This document shows positions 1-12,641 of a stretch of 64,000 nucleotides of DNA, in pieces; the stretch's first letter is position 1; each line of letters begins with the position of its first letter. The notes under the pieces were generated by a model, which was not told the DNA's origin, ran no database searches, and worked only from the letters and a program-made list of their open reading frames with translations. The stretch is from Piedraia hortae CBS 480.64. Taxonomy: Eukaryota. Both the position numbers and the translations under genes were made by a program. The stretch is from positions 1 to 64,000 of the forward strand of contig MU005976.1 in assembly GCA_010093745.1 (NCBI GenBank), given 5' to 3'.

Positions 1-81
1 CGGAAAACTAGTTGACGCGTGAAGTCGAGAGCCGAGCGACGGTTACTAATAATGCGCGTAATATACCGCATATTCACAACA
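1..81 (+). mobile_element. Solo LTR family A (about 125 bp), copy 1, 5' end cut by the window edge
   Basis: Bases 1-81 are identical to the reverse complement of 40994-41074 and end in ...TATTCACAACA. Confidence 0.85.
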
Positions 82-169
82 CAAACGTCTTGGAGGCACA
101 AACTTTTTATTGATCGACGAACTTGCCTTCAAGGGGTTGAGAAGGAATATAACCGATGAGGTACGGCGA

Positions 170-585
170 AGGGAGGAAACCTTCATAGCATCCTGGATTT
201 CACGCCCCTTCCCCCTTCCGTGCACGCGGCGAGTTGAAAGTCCGAGCACCAAACCAGTCCATCAAGCCCCACCGAGCCGAATGTTCACGTGCGACTCCAT
301 TACGTCGAGCAAGCTCAGGAGTCCGACACAAACATTTGTTTGAAAATATTCCAAACTTTTCCTTTGACGTTCGACAAACTTGATCTCATCAAAGTGTGTC
401 TTCGATACGTAATGAGATATATAATAAGGTGAGGGAGGACACCTTTTTTAGACGAGCTTTCTGGATTTCTCCACCCCTCGTCCCTCTCGCGCGCCGCGGC
501 TTGAAAGTTCGAGCAACAATCAAGTTCATCAGTCCATCAGGCTTCGCCAAGCTCCGCCAGGCCGATTGTGCACGTCGACCTCCGA
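170..585. repeat. Degenerate tandem duplication (period about 260-290 bp)
   Basis: Blocks GGGAGGA..CTGGATTTC..CCCCT..CGCGGC..TTGAAAGT(C/T)CGAGCA..CAGTCCATCA..GCCGA..CACGT occur in the same order at about 170-297 and about 432-584. Confidence 0.55.
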
Positions 586-1028
586 GGAATGCGAACATAC
601 AGTCCGCCTAAAGCTAAATACCACTCGTCGAGGTTGAACGAGGGAATGGGATACATTTCGTGAGAGAGCGGGGCTGGGTCAGAGTATAGGATTTTGATTT
701 GGATTGGGAGTGGTTACGCTCCGCCTGCATTTTCACCCTTACAAGAAGGATAACTATTACCAAGAAATATGATTTCGAGACGACTCTTTTACACCTTTTG
801 TTGTGATGGCCCATGCACATCTCCGCCTCCGTTTATAACGGTTGGAAAGGTATTCGGTCCGCGTCGATGGCGCAAGCGACGCAATATTTGCATGTCGCCT
901 TGAGAAGCTTTAGTAAGGTTCTTTTGAAGACATGATCCCCCATAATGGCGTAGCTGTTCGGCATCAACGCAGAATCGGAGTTGCGTTTAGTTAGGTTGAA
1001 ATGCTGGCAGGTATCGCCCTATTGTATT

Positions 1029-1328
1029 TGTCAGAAGGTTGTGGCATCCGCCATGATCAGAACCTTAGATAGAAGTCGAAACTTCTCAGGGCCTTTACCT
1101 CTATAGAGGAAGTTTTCCCTGAGACGGGTCATTGTCTCATTGCTGCTTAAGGGCATGGTTCGCTGACGATGTCCTGGCGAATGCGGTTAGACTGAGGTAG
1201 TGTGGAGAAGGTTTCGAACCTCACCTCAGATATGGACATCTACATCCACCTAATGGTCAAATTTGAGTGCACACATTTGTCGTTGATATACGTTCCGCTT
1301 TAGTCCTCAGAGGTTTACCCCTCCGACA
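1029..1328 (+). mobile_element. Solo LTR family C (about 300 bp), copy 1
   Basis: Termini TGTCAGAAGG...CCTCCGACA; flanks GTATT/ATATT (5-bp TSD with one transition); homologous to 12338-12641, 17041-17345 and 50161-50462. Confidence 0.92.
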
Positions 1329-1427
1329 ATATTGCTGAAAGGCGCAGCCAAGTATGGATGCGACCTTCGAGACAGACGAATGATAATACCGTGTTATCCT
1401 GCTTCTCAAACGGAAGATAGGTGTTTC

Positions 1428-2020
1428 TGTGGCTTTTCGAAATGAATTCACGCACAACAGAGTTAGAATATCTCTATCATGACCTTCCGAGGGTCTACAG
1501 GGTATCGACAAAGTTGTGGTGTGAAACTGAGGTATTGTCTAAGGTACCTCTATCTTCTGTTGGCATGAAGTCTCGTTGCTATCAGTGTACGATGCCACTG
1601 CGCGACACCTCTTACACCAGCAGCTGCACCCTAGGTTTTGTCCTCACAGAGGTTTCCCTCAGGGTCATGTCGCATGCGACATGGTGAATGCGCCCTGCTA
1701 CTGTTTGAGGTGAGTCATGGAGTAAGACTGCATGCTGACAGTCTTACTGCATGTATGACCACTTGCTTATGGTCATACAATTGATGACTCTTCATACGAG
1801 GCTACGCACGGGCCTTCCAGCCCAGAATATATTCTCTGATGTTCCCTCGAAGATATACTTGTATTCACTCATAAAACACATCTCTACTTTCCATCCATCG
1901 TTCTCACTCATACATACTATCTGTCTTTTTCATCTTCTGCGGTCGAGCGGCTCCTCGCCGCTCGACAACCTTAGTTCTACATCACCTCTTCCAAGACATA
2001 CATTTCCTTGCGTGTACCGT
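1428..2020 (+). mobile_element. LTR-like repeat family E, interrupted by the family B copy at 1558-1932; 3' boundary uncertain
   Basis: TGTGGCTTTTCGAAATGAATTCACGCACAA...GTGAAACTGAGGTATT..TCTAAGGTA..CTATCT[B]..GTCGAGCGG..TTAGTTCTA..ATCACCTCTTCCAAGA aligns with the reverse complement of about 53720-53910. Confidence 0.7.
1558..1932 (+). mobile_element. Solo LTR family B (375 bp), copy 1
   Basis: Termini TGTTGGCATG...TTTCA; perfect TSD TCTTC (1553-1557 and 1933-1937); homologous to 13786-14154 and 49915-50963. Confidence 0.92.
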
Positions 2021-2412
2021 CGGCTGGTTCGCTTGCGCGCCAAGGAGTGGGCTCTTGACTGTCAGCTTGCGGGCGACATGCAAGACCGCTTTGGCGAAAC
2101 GAAGTGAAATTGCACCGAGGTTAAGTTGTGCAGCCATGGCTTGATGATGTTCCTTATTGCCAACGAACGTAATGGCAGGGGTATATAGAAGTGTAAGCCG
2201 ATCCACTATGAGGTGCGAGAAATGGGGAATCAGATGTGTGTGCCACACCCGCAATCAAAGAGCACCGAAAAGCACTTGTTTGACATCCCAGCATTTGCCC
2301 CCTACTTGTGCCTGATCGGAGCCGGTTAAGCCATCAGCATATCGACCTAGTTGATCCAGAAGGTGCAAGACATCGCTTAGACCTCAACCGGGCCCAGTAG
2401 CGGAGCTGTCGG

Positions 2413-2820
2413 TGTAGCGATAGGGCTCTCGTGGATGGGAGTGCGCAGCGGCCCGAACTAAGAGGACTAAGCGATAGACGGAAATCGACAACAGGGACGG
2501 GATAGATGCAGATGGATATGAGTCAATACCAGTATCGATATGACAGTGTGAATGACTATCTATATGAGGGGACGTTCAGAATAATAGTTCTGTACCGGTG
2601 GGCCGGTGACGCCACGTCGTACACTAGCAGGGCGCATTCGCCATTGTTATAATTGTGAGTAGATGTATATCAGTATGCATACAAGTCTCTACAGAAAACT
2701 AGTTGACGCGTCAAGTCGAGAGCCGAGAACCGATTACCAATAATGCGCGTAATATACCGCATATTCAAATCAGCCATGTCACATATGACATGATCCTGAG
2801 GGTAAAACTTTGTGAAGGAA
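2413..2820 (+). mobile_element. LTR family D, 3'-truncated, interrupted by family A copy 2
   Basis: Starts TGTAGCGAT and is colinear with about 50060-50635 (GTGCGCAGCG, GCGATAGACGGAA, TATGAGGGGACGT, GGTGGGCCGGTGACG, GTACACTAGCAGGGCGCATTC). Confidence 0.8.
2645..2772 (+). mobile_element. Solo LTR family A, copy 2, nested in family D
   Basis: TGTTATAATTGTGAG...TATTCAAATCA with perfect TSD GCCAT (2640-2644 and 2773-2777). Confidence 0.9.
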
Positions 2821-2899
2821 CAGCTCCCCATTTTCAGCTATCATTCCATCCACAAATGTGCCGGACCCCCTCGTTTCATACTCTACAATGGTCGCCTGT

Positions 2900-3290
2900 T
2901 CACGAATTCTGTTTCATTGAAACCATCATCCTGGTTTCTGATCTCCTACACGACTAACGCACTTTTCGTTGGCGGTATCGTCTTTCCATGTTCCACAATA
3001 CACGGCGACATTGAGCTTACTTCGAAGCTATAAACTCCTGATCAGCTAGTGTATCTTTATAGATTCACCCATAGCTATGCTGACCTGTAGACTTCAACGA
3101 TACTTGCTTGGAAAGCGATAGAGTGCTGGAGTACCTGGAAAGTGTTGTGCGAGGCCCTAACAAGCGGGCTTGCCAGCTACTAAGACGGTGGGTAGGTTCG
3201 TGATGTCAAGACAATAAAGGCTTGTTACTGTTCGAGCAATGAGGTAGAGATCCTGGACAGTCATGGCTTATGAATGATTGGGTGGGCAGA
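2900..3290 (+). mobile_element. Possible highly degenerate Ty1/copia protease-integrase remnant
   Basis: Frame fragments SSWFLISYTTN (cf. WILDSGAT), CLESDRVLEY (cf. LRSDNGGEY) and P*QAG (cf. PQQNG) occur in copia order just after LTR D. Many lesions. Confidence 0.3.
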
Positions 3291-3479
3291 CGGCCTACAG
3301 CTTAAAGGAGCGCGTTGGACATCCAAGAGGGAAGTCGCGCTTCAAACGATCGTTGCCACCGTCGCACTTTTTGGCTACGCCCACCTTATCCACGGCAATG
3401 GCTTGGGCGGTGAGATTGGCTTGACATCGGTATGCTGCTCCCTCAATAGAGGCTGTTGATTGAGGACCAAGGCCGCAGA

Positions 3480-4000
3480 AGGATCGATCTTGACTCTCCC
3501 AGAACCCCACATCTGAGACGCGCGCGACTTCTTTGAAAACACTCATAGACGAATAGCGATGGATGTGAAGAGAAGTTGGGACGAGGAGAAGAGTGTAGGC
3601 GAGTGATATCCCACTAATGGGAAGAGGAGGTTCGTCGGCAATGGTACTCCACAGTTTCCGCCCATGCAGTCCATAGCATTAAGATGCTGACGTCGAGGAA
3701 GACCTGTTTGGACGAGTTGGAGTAGCCAGACGATATCATGTTCGATCCAGACCCAACTGATTGCGTTCGAGACCAACCACATCCTGCTGGTCCGTGGAAC
3801 CTGCCACTTTCAAAGCAGACAAAGCGATGATGACCACTTCTAGTGCCGTTGTCCAAACATAAAGCTAACGGGCTGGGAGGTGTTATTTTTGCCGCCGGTA
3901 CGAGCTCGATGATACCACCCGAATCGACCGGGTAGGGAAGACCGTGGATATTCCATTCCACGGTGGTTCTTATATAATGCCTTTTGGCAGGCAAATTGTC
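3480..4000 (-). pseudogene. Possible degenerate GPR1/FUN34/YaaH (acetate transporter) family pseudogene
   Basis: KITPPSPLALC resembles the family motif K(I/F)ANPAPL(G/A)L and is followed by frameshifted hydrophobic segments (MWLVSN..., LFSSSQLLFTSIAI). Confidence 0.3.
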
Positions 4001-5469
4001 GATCCTGCCATCGGACAGCCTTTTTTGTCCCCTGGTCAGGAAAGCATCAATCGGGTTCCATTGCAATTCCCATTTTTGGCTGCCTCATTCACGACGCTTT
4101 ATAGCGTAGCAAATCCTCGCAATTGCCCGAGATTTCTCATCACTTATTGTGTCAACTTTGTCATGGTGTTGACAGGTGTACTGCTTATATTCGCAATAAA
4201 GTTGCGTCGAATCGCAATATGTCATCCGGCCCACCCATCTGGGCCAGACGACCCAGAGGTGGCTGCTCGTTCTCTCTGAAGTGGGGAACAAGGCAAAATT
4301 GCCTTGATTAACGTGTACCCTTACCTCCTTATAAAACGCCAGCTACGTTGCTGCCCTTGATATCCACAGTCCTTCGCGAGCCCATACACTTATATACATC
4401 CCATTGCAGGCGGCGCCATTTGTACCACCAGCCGCACGAAGAGTGATGGCTTGGAGGGAGGACTCATCTGCATCGTGTCGAAAGGATTAGGCTCTTCGCT
4501 GTGGCCGCTAAGCTGGCCCGCGAGACCTTCAAGAAAGCGTCAGCCACCGCCAGGCCGTCTCTGACTCGCACGAGTTAAACCCACCTTCAGGCCTTCCCGG
4601 AACACTCGTCGCTCGTAAGCGTTGCCGAAGTAATCCACAGAAGAATCAGTAGTGTGATTGTGCGAGGTCAAAAGGAGGGGAGATTAGACCATTTAATTTT
4701 CGTCACACACACGTTGAGCACAGACCATCCTGACAAGGCCAACCGCTTTCAGGCAGCGCCCAGGAGATCGTTTAGGGCCGTCCTCTTGCAGTCATCAATC
4801 AGAGAGAGCTGATGACAAAATGCCATCTTTGTGCTGATCCTAATATGCACGGAAATGTCGCGACTGTCATTGGCGTCGGCTTGGTGAGTCAACCCGCTTG
4901 TCACCAGAACAAGCACTGAGACAGCGAGTTGCCATCAAAACAGAGGTAGGCATTTGATTGGCGAAGCAATGAACTCATGACAATGGACAAATGAGGACGG
5001 AACCCCGGACAGTAATCGCCAAACAAGTCCGCAACTATAGAACAAAGGACTCTGCAACTTCCTGAGACTCTACCACCTCGTGAGAGAGTCATCAAAAACG
5101 GTAAGCCAAGCGTTATAGTCCGCCAGAGGCCCTTTCCAAATGGTAAAGACTAGGGCGCCACCGCTGAGATCGGCAAGAGCGCGAACGCAAAGTACTACGA
5201 CGTATGCGCACTGCAAGTGAGGCTCGTGAGGTCCGTCGGATTGTGAACAGCACGTTTCACGAGTATATTCCAATTACTCCTCATATGCACGCATACTCCT
5301 CAAGTCAAGAGACAGGTTCTGAGATCCCCAAGACCTCCCTACTCACATACGCAGCCATGTTCTTGAAGTTCATTAACGCACTCAAAGTACAAGCACAGTA
5401 CGCTCGGGCTCCCTTTGCTAAAAGCCGAGAAGAAAAACCTAGCATGAGCCGCTGCAAAAAACCAACAAC

Positions 5470-5930
5470 ATGTTAGCCTCACGCTCCAGTTTGTCCTCCC
5501 CGGGAGACCACATCGTTTACATCTGTGCGGGAGACGGCGTGCCGATTCCCATTTGTCGTCGCGTGGCCGAGCGAATCAGGTCCATGCGTAGAATGGGGAA
5601 CTATTTTGTGGAATCCGAAGGGCCCATTCTAATAGGCCGCAGGCCACGTGCTGTGCGCAATATTATCGAATGGTGTGAACACCACGAGCATGATGCCCTG
5701 CCAACGACTGATATCAATCACGGCAGGCTTCAGATCAGTCTATTAGAGTGGGATAAGGTTTTCTTCGCTGATTTGGATCTTTACGCATATTCGACGTGAT
5801 GAAAGAGGCTGAAGCCCGGGAAATCCAGGATCTATTGGATATGGCGTACAAGGTGGCGGCGGAAATGATCATGGAAAGGACGCCCGAGGGGCTTGAAGAA
5901 ATGTTTGGGGTTCATTGGTATGATTCATGA
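5470..5930 (+). pseudogene. Divergent SKP1-like (SCF adaptor) copy with a 1-nt frameshift near 5788
   Basis: Frame 1 reads DGVPIPICRRVAER..IIEWCEHHEHD..EWDKVFF; the shifted frame continues IFDVMKEAEAREIQDLLDMAYKVAAEMIMERTPEGLEEMFG..*. This matches Skp1 VIEWCEHH..EWDQKF..LFEIILAANYLDIK.LLD.GCKTVANMIKGKSPEEIR. Confidence 0.8.
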
Positions 5931-6794
5931 GATGACTACAGTCGTGTTGAGGAAAAGTGTGGGTCTACAAAGGGAGCGAAGCAGGGAGATATATGTTTTG
6001 AGGATGGGTGGGAGTCTACAGAGGGATTGGAACAGGAGTGCGTCCATGGCGAGAACGAGTGGAAGTATACAGCTGAAGCTGAGTACATCTGTAAGTGTTG
6101 TGAAGCGTTGAAGAATTTGCTCTAGGTATGTAAGATAAATAGGGATATGTCTGCTTTGCTGCCGACAAGGTCGGTTCTCATTTCCAGGCGTCTGATGCTG
6201 GTTTAAATCCTGGTCAATGGGCAATGCACCCAAATCAAAGGTACTGGGGTGCGTACTCTATGACATTGTCTAGGTGAATGAGGCTAGACATTGCTAGCGT
6301 CGGCGCACGCACCAGCGCCCCTCAGGTGGGGAACAGACGCAAACAAAAACATTTTTACCTTTTGTCGGAGTCAGTGCTGGCTCCTACTTGTGACTGCCAT
6401 GTCAGCATGGAGAAAAGAGCATAGCAACACAGACAGCAACGCAATTCCCACAACCGAAGGGAGGAGCGGGTGAGGAGATCGCTTACCCTGCACGCGTAGC
6501 GGTGGTGCAATCTATCTGGGATGATCGCATCTGGATAGCCACGATCGATGCGACCGTGACATCCCTACACGGTCATTACATCCACGTTCCCATATCGACC
6601 CTACATTGCCCTAGGCATGAAGTTTTGCCTCTGAGAAGGCTGTCACACTCAGAACAACAATCATCTTCCTGGATTGAGGCGAGGGGTCTGCGTCCGGCGA
6701 ATAATTTGCGTGGACGTGAAGACGCATGACCACTATGACTTGATACGAGACCTGACGCTTCACATGCTTCACTCTCACGACAATTTTGTAGTCA

Positions 6795-7760
6795 TGAAGT
6801 TCTTGACTCCGACATGACTGTCGCTCTTACAACAGATAGTATTTTTGTGGGCGGAGGCGATGGCACTGCATCCAGTGGACAAACTGCCGAGGCGTAATTC
6901 CGAACCAACACCAAGGCTTGGGACGAGCATCAAAGGTGTCTACCCTCCTCGTTCCACCTGATAAACTTCACAATGTACCCGGATAGCCATCGCGCCCGAG
7001 TTATTACAGCTTTATCGTCGGCTGTGAATGAGCACACCATCGAGAGTTTGACTGTCCTTGATGAAGTGAAAAGGCGTGCCACGTAACAACTGTTGAAGGA
7101 CGAATGGAGCAATCTTTAAGCATTCCGATGCATCATTGGAAAATTTTTCAGAAATCAACAACACCACAAGGACGACGTCGAGACTTCCATCCTGCAGGGA
7201 TAGGGAGAATTATGTTCAGAACGCCACTCACATAACATCGGATTTCCCGGAGAGGTAACCTTGAAAGGAGTTGCGATTAGAGGTGTGCCGCATGTCTACG
7301 TCAAGAAGGTACAGCCAATTTATGCGAATGATGGCCAACTCGCTAATGGCGTTGAACATAACGATAGTGAAGTCGGAGATCCGACCACTAAATTGTTTAG
7401 GGGCGTTACCGTCTTGGCCAAAACCGACACTGTGACAGTGAAGGTGCATATCCCAGATTACTCGCTCGGCATGACCTATATACAGTGCATGACTGCTGGA
7501 AGGCCTGCAACCAGCAATCAATTCGAGTGGAATACAAAAGCTACTAAGGATGTGCCGTGCGAAGTCCAGCACACATGTCGTTACAAGATTTACCCACACT
7601 ACCACGACTCCAAGGAACCGAAGAAGGATCTATTCGCGTGAAAGAGGTCGAGTATACAGGCCCGGCTGTACTGCTTCAAATCCTGGCGCCCAAAGATTCG
7701 CTTTACAGCACGGTTGTCAGTTCGGATGGAATAACGCTCTAGAAGAGAAGCTGTAAGAGG
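6795..7760 (+). pseudogene. Possible broken gene for a secreted protein, family unknown
   Basis: ATG at 6795 gives signal-peptide-like MKFLTPT*LSLLQQIVFLWAEAMAL with an internal TGA, followed by protein-like same-strand ORF pieces (7261-7641, 7557-7742). Confidence 0.3.
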
Positions 7761-8799
7761 CATTAAAATGACTCAGATGCCGCGGTGGCCGCATATTTGG
7801 CGCCCGGCCAGCCAGGGGTTGTAAGTGGCAAGATCAACACGAAGGAAAGGTAACTTTGCTGATAAGATCGGCGACACTCCGTCATTGCTCCTGACTGAAT
7901 GAGCATGTGACGGTTCCTTTGGTGCTGTAATGTTCTTCCCGATCGTTCGTGTCAATGGTGTAGACTTTGATGAAGCAACTTAAAGAATCGGCAGTCTGGC
8001 CAAGTTCCGCAACTTTCTGCGGCGGGGGGGAAGCCCCAAGAAAAGCGTTTCTCCACCTGTGTGGTATATCCTCCCAATGACACCCGGGAGCTGGATTTGG
8101 TCTTCGTGGTGCTTCATCATCAAAGTTAGAACCTCGAAGAGACTCTTCACCTCTTCACCGCTCCCTCCATCTCTCGTCCACCACCTCGCCCGGCCACAGT
8201 CCTGCTATCGCTCCTAGCAAAGAGAGCGTGGAATTGGGAGCGCGTCTGCAGCGCCAAAGGAACATCTCGCCTGTTGATCGCGGCTGCGTTAGCTTTCTAA
8301 AGGCATGCACGGCGGCGTCTTTCTCGCTTCAAGAAACACCAGGCCATTGGATCTGACCGTGATATAGTGGCGTGCTATTTCAACATTAAACACATGCCTT
8401 TTTTCACAAGCAGATCGTGTGTGAAGTCAGGAAAGGCCGATTTTTTGGCGATTGCGCGCATCTACTTTCCAAGAAACCCACGCTGTCGTGTGCACCGCAA
8501 GCCGTCCAGCCAGGTTTCTCGCCAATACCTAGTTGTGCCGCATTATCTAAGTGATGCAAGCACTGGCAAGCTTGTACCTCTATCAAACAAACATGCCTCA
8601 ACCAAGGCTTTGTCCGTCAGTTTGTAGTGACACTGAAGAAAAGACCCATCCAAATCAATTATTAATGCTTAGGCCACCTTATTCCAGTTTCATTGCTTCT
8701 TGTGGGCCCTCTTGTCCACGTCTCACATAGAAAAGTGTCGCGTCATGATTCCTGCAAGATGCCGAGGCACAATGCAAACCGTTAAAAAAGTCAAGCACA

Positions 8800-10430
8800 G
8801 GCCACTAAAATCCACATACCACTATATACGTTCTTTCCCGTGCATCAGATCCTACAGTTCGTATAGTGAAGTGCTCTTGCCGTGGTGGAATGGATCGTGA
8901 TTAGTATTAGGATGTGTACGAGGAAAAACCGTGGTCGCGGCCTTCAACGAGCTCCGCTATCCATCACACTTCGCTTTCTTAACTTCGCCATCATTCTGAA
9001 GGTGTGGCTCCGTAACGGAAAACGATATTTCCTCTCGACGAAAACCCAACGTTCATCCAGGCTGAAGTTGAGGCGCAAAATCTCGTCAACTCACGGGCAA
9101 CTGTCGCAGCAATCGGGACAGAGATTGGAGGACTCAGAACAGATGGCCCGGGAACTGTTGCACGTCTCACGTTTGTCGCAACAGTCACCGAGGAAAGCGA
9201 AAAAGAGGTCGCGTATGCCGAACCAGATGGAGCTGGAGAGGCCGGTGTCACCAAGGGGCGGGAAGGTTCAATCGCTCCATCTTCCAGATGGAATTCTCTT
9301 GGGCTTCGCACGGTTCCTGCGCGGTAATTAGGACCCCCTTCGTAGTTTTTGTCTCTTTCGGAGTGCCTGGTTCTTTCCGGACCGTGAATTCCTTTGGAAG
9401 CATGCCAGCTGCAACAGGCTAGCAAACGTATCGTAGTGTTCCTGGTAGCACCTTGCCTCTTTTGCGAGGTCGCTGCATGTGACATTCACCCCATCTGAGA
9501 AGGCGGTCATCAATACTGTAGTTTTCCGCGTGTGCGTTGCCTGCGCATCATTCCGTTCTGGGCCAACGGCGGTCCACTGGGTTTTCTTGTACTAGGCGAT
9601 GACTCTCCATGGTTCGCGGCATACCGAACAGGTTGAAGTCGTTGACGCTGGATGAGTATCTGAGTTCTTCACATCAAGCCCATGATCTCATGCTTGAGCT
9701 CGACGGTTTGCAGGAAGTCTTTATCGACTGGATCCCGCCTAATTATGGTATAATGGGCATATTCGACCAACTCATGTACTGGGGCAGGATGCGACACCTG
9801 TGTGCTTGTCCTTGGATACACCAGCTCCTGATAAAGAACGCTATTGACGCACTGAGCCCGCGGTCGTTTATGGAGCTTTGCAAAGTGACCGGTGGCGTCA
9901 AGGAACTGTCTGTGGATATCGTGAGGCCGTCGAGGCTCTTCTTTTAAGCTATTACAAGCGTGCAGTTAACAAAGAGGCTGGAGTTGACGATCCAGCGCAA
10001 TACGCAGGAAAGCGCACCCGTAGTTGACCGCAAAGCCGTCACATCTCTTGCAAAGTTGAGCGACTTGATGCAACTTGCTTTCCACAGAAAAAGTGGTGCA
10101 GGGTTCGTGTCGCTCCGGCCAAATGACTGTTACATTCTGTTAGAGAGCTTCCACAACTCAGACGTTTTAATTTTCTGGTGCCATGGATACCGAGTCCTTC
10201 TACTCGCTTAGACGGGATTGCCCCAAACTCCGCGACTGCCTGGTAAACGACATGGTGGACTTTACTTTCTTCGAAGACAGGAAGCTTTACATCTTTCCGA
10301 ACTGGGAGATGCTCAGCGTAGCGGTTATTGGGATTGAGGAAGTTGATCTTGAATCAGCTAGACCGTAGGCTTACCACATCTCGAGAATCATTGCTCTCAA
10401 GCTCACTTCTTTCCGTCTCATCCCGAATTG
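8800..10430 (+). pseudogene. Degenerate F-box/LRR-like (RNI-like) protein gene
   Basis: Consecutive same-strand ORF fragments with leucine-repeat character (NRLKSLTLDE, LELDGLQEVFID, DCPKLRDCLV, IFPNWEMLSV), broken by stops and frameshifts. The F-box motif itself is not clearly readable. Confidence 0.35.
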
Positions 10431-10949
10431 ATCTGGAGTTATCGTCAAGCTTGCTCTTAAGGCATATTCACAAAAGATAGTTTGGAGCGGTTTAAACTCT
10501 TGTATGCGCTACTGGACATATTCGACAGGACGAAAATCTTTGCAAAGGGGTTCATAGACCTTAAAAGTGGGGTAGAAAAAGAAAAGGGGCCAAAAAGTAC
10601 GTGTCTTATTCAGAAATGGGACCTTCTGGACCTCGGAACAAATACAGGAACGACGCATTACACTCAACCATTCACCTATGTGAAAAAATGTAAAAAAGAC
10701 GTGGACACTAAGAGAATTGAACTCTTGACCTTTCACATACACACAGATACTCATATGGTCACAAATGCGAAGCGAAAATCATACCCCTAGACCAAGTGCC
10801 CCATTCACGCTTATATGTTGGGGCGTCATTGATATCAATGTACAATCTATGGGATATTTCTTAAGCTAATGTCTTTCCATTGCCGCTGTGGGACCTGGGA
10901 AATCGAGCTGCAACATTGATGATTCATTGCATGCGGCTTTGAATCTACA

Positions 10950-12100
10950 TCAGCCGAGGGATGAAAATCATTCGCCTGCCTTGTATACGTAAATTTTAAC
11001 GAGAAGTCATTGCAGAGTATGACCTGCTCTCCAAGGTGATGAGAAAGCAGGCGTTAAATTTCGCATCAATCCTCCTGCGCACTTGCTGAGTGTCCAACAT
11101 CAGACCACTCTGCTCATGGCGCCCTTGAATAATGATGACACACGTATAATTCATGGAATACCAGACTGTGAGCAGTCCACACATTTGCACACAGACATTG
11201 TGTCCTCCTAGCAGCCTATTCCTGCCCCCAATCGCGATCGACACTTCGTTCAAGAAAGCCATTCAGCCACGCTTCACGGCTCTCCAGGAGCATGTAGCTA
11301 TGTTGCGAGATTTTCAGGGCAAACACGTGATGGGATCGCTGCCAGTAGCTAAACGTGCTGTTGTTGATCCCATCAGCTTTAAGCAAGCAGTTGCTCTCGC
11401 ATTTATGCGACCTTTATACCTCCCTTTCTACGCGGTGATCAGTGATGAAAACCAATCCCGTCTGGGGCATTGCCATCATGGAAGAACTTCAAGCCAGTCT
11501 CTCCACGGAAGTTTTAGGCGCTTGGGCGGGATAACCGAAACATTGAGAGCAGGCAAACAGGATAAGGGGAACTAGACGGCCGCCATGCTCAGACCCAGTC
11601 TGTGGTGAGCGAAGCATAATCTTCATGGCTCTCCAGAGCTTGCTAGGCCGCTGCGCAGTGGGAAGGGTGCCGCAAGCTCGCGTGGGTTGGGGCGACTTTC
11701 CACAGAAAGGTCTGCGATTGAGGCATAGGCGTGCATGCATCTCATCTAGCCGCCCTAAACCATGTTTACGATCACTGTGGACCAAATTGAACTGCTGCAG
11801 AGACATGTGAGAAGCAGGTCAAACGACCGCAAGTGTGTGAAGTCGGTAGGCTGGGAACAGCAAAAGGTATTTTTCACTGGCTTCGGTGCACTGCGTACGA
11901 ACTTGCAGTTCCTTCTACGTATCTCCCTGGGGGGTAGAGATACGGTATGCGGGCTTTGGACGAGCTCAGGAGGCCCGTGGTCGGGACCGCACCGAGAGCG
12001 GCACATGAAATACTCGCTTCCAGCCACCGCGGCTATAGTCTGCCCTATCGTGCAGGTTGCCACAGAGCGATCCACATGTGATGACCCACACCCCTTACCA
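10950..12100 (-). mobile_element. Degenerate MULE (Mutator-like) transposase remnant
   Basis: In minus-strand order: LVHSDRKHGL (cf. ISDRHKGL), STFSYWQRSHHVFAL (eroded SWIM, CxCxxWQ..PCxH) and CKCVDCSQSG..TC (C-terminal zinc knuckle). No TIRs identified. Confidence 0.45.
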
Positions 12101-12337
12101 TGGTTCAGGCACTTAATAATTTTCTCATGTAGCTCTAGATGCGCGTGTATACGAACAAACCTGCGAGGTGCCGCTGCGTATTAGAACCTGCCCCATCATT
12201 CAGGTAACAACTCAAGGCCCTCTGAATACGTATGTCTACACAAGCATAAGTACACTGAAGACCTTGAGGATGCCTCTATAGATGTGTATCTTTGCAGGCA
12301 GATTTTCAACAATTCCTGAAGTTTAAAGGTGGCGTTG

Positions 12338-12641
12338 TGTCTGAGAGGTGAACCTCTAAGGACTAAAGCGGAACGTAGATCAAAGACAAATGTGTGCACT
12401 CAAGTCTGACCCAAAGGTGAATGTAGATATCTATTTCCATGTGAGGTGAGGTTCAAAACCTTCTCCACACTACCTCAGTCTAACCGCATTCGCCAGGGCA
12501 ACGTTAGCGAACCATGCCCTTAAGCAGCAACGAGATAATGTCCTGTCTCAGGGAAAACTTCCTCCATAGAGGTATAGGCCCTGAGAAGTTTCGACTTCTA
12601 TCTAAGGTTCTGATCATGATGGGTGCCACATCCTTCTGATA
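12338..12641 (-). mobile_element. Solo LTR family C, copy 2 (inverted)
   Basis: Reverse complement of family C; perfect TSD CGTTG (12333-12337 and 12642-12646); terminal CA mutated to TA. Confidence 0.92.

Noticed and set aside
12203..12311. Additional solo LTR ending TTTTCAACA
   Set aside because: Single copy, the other terminus is not TG and the TSD is imperfect.
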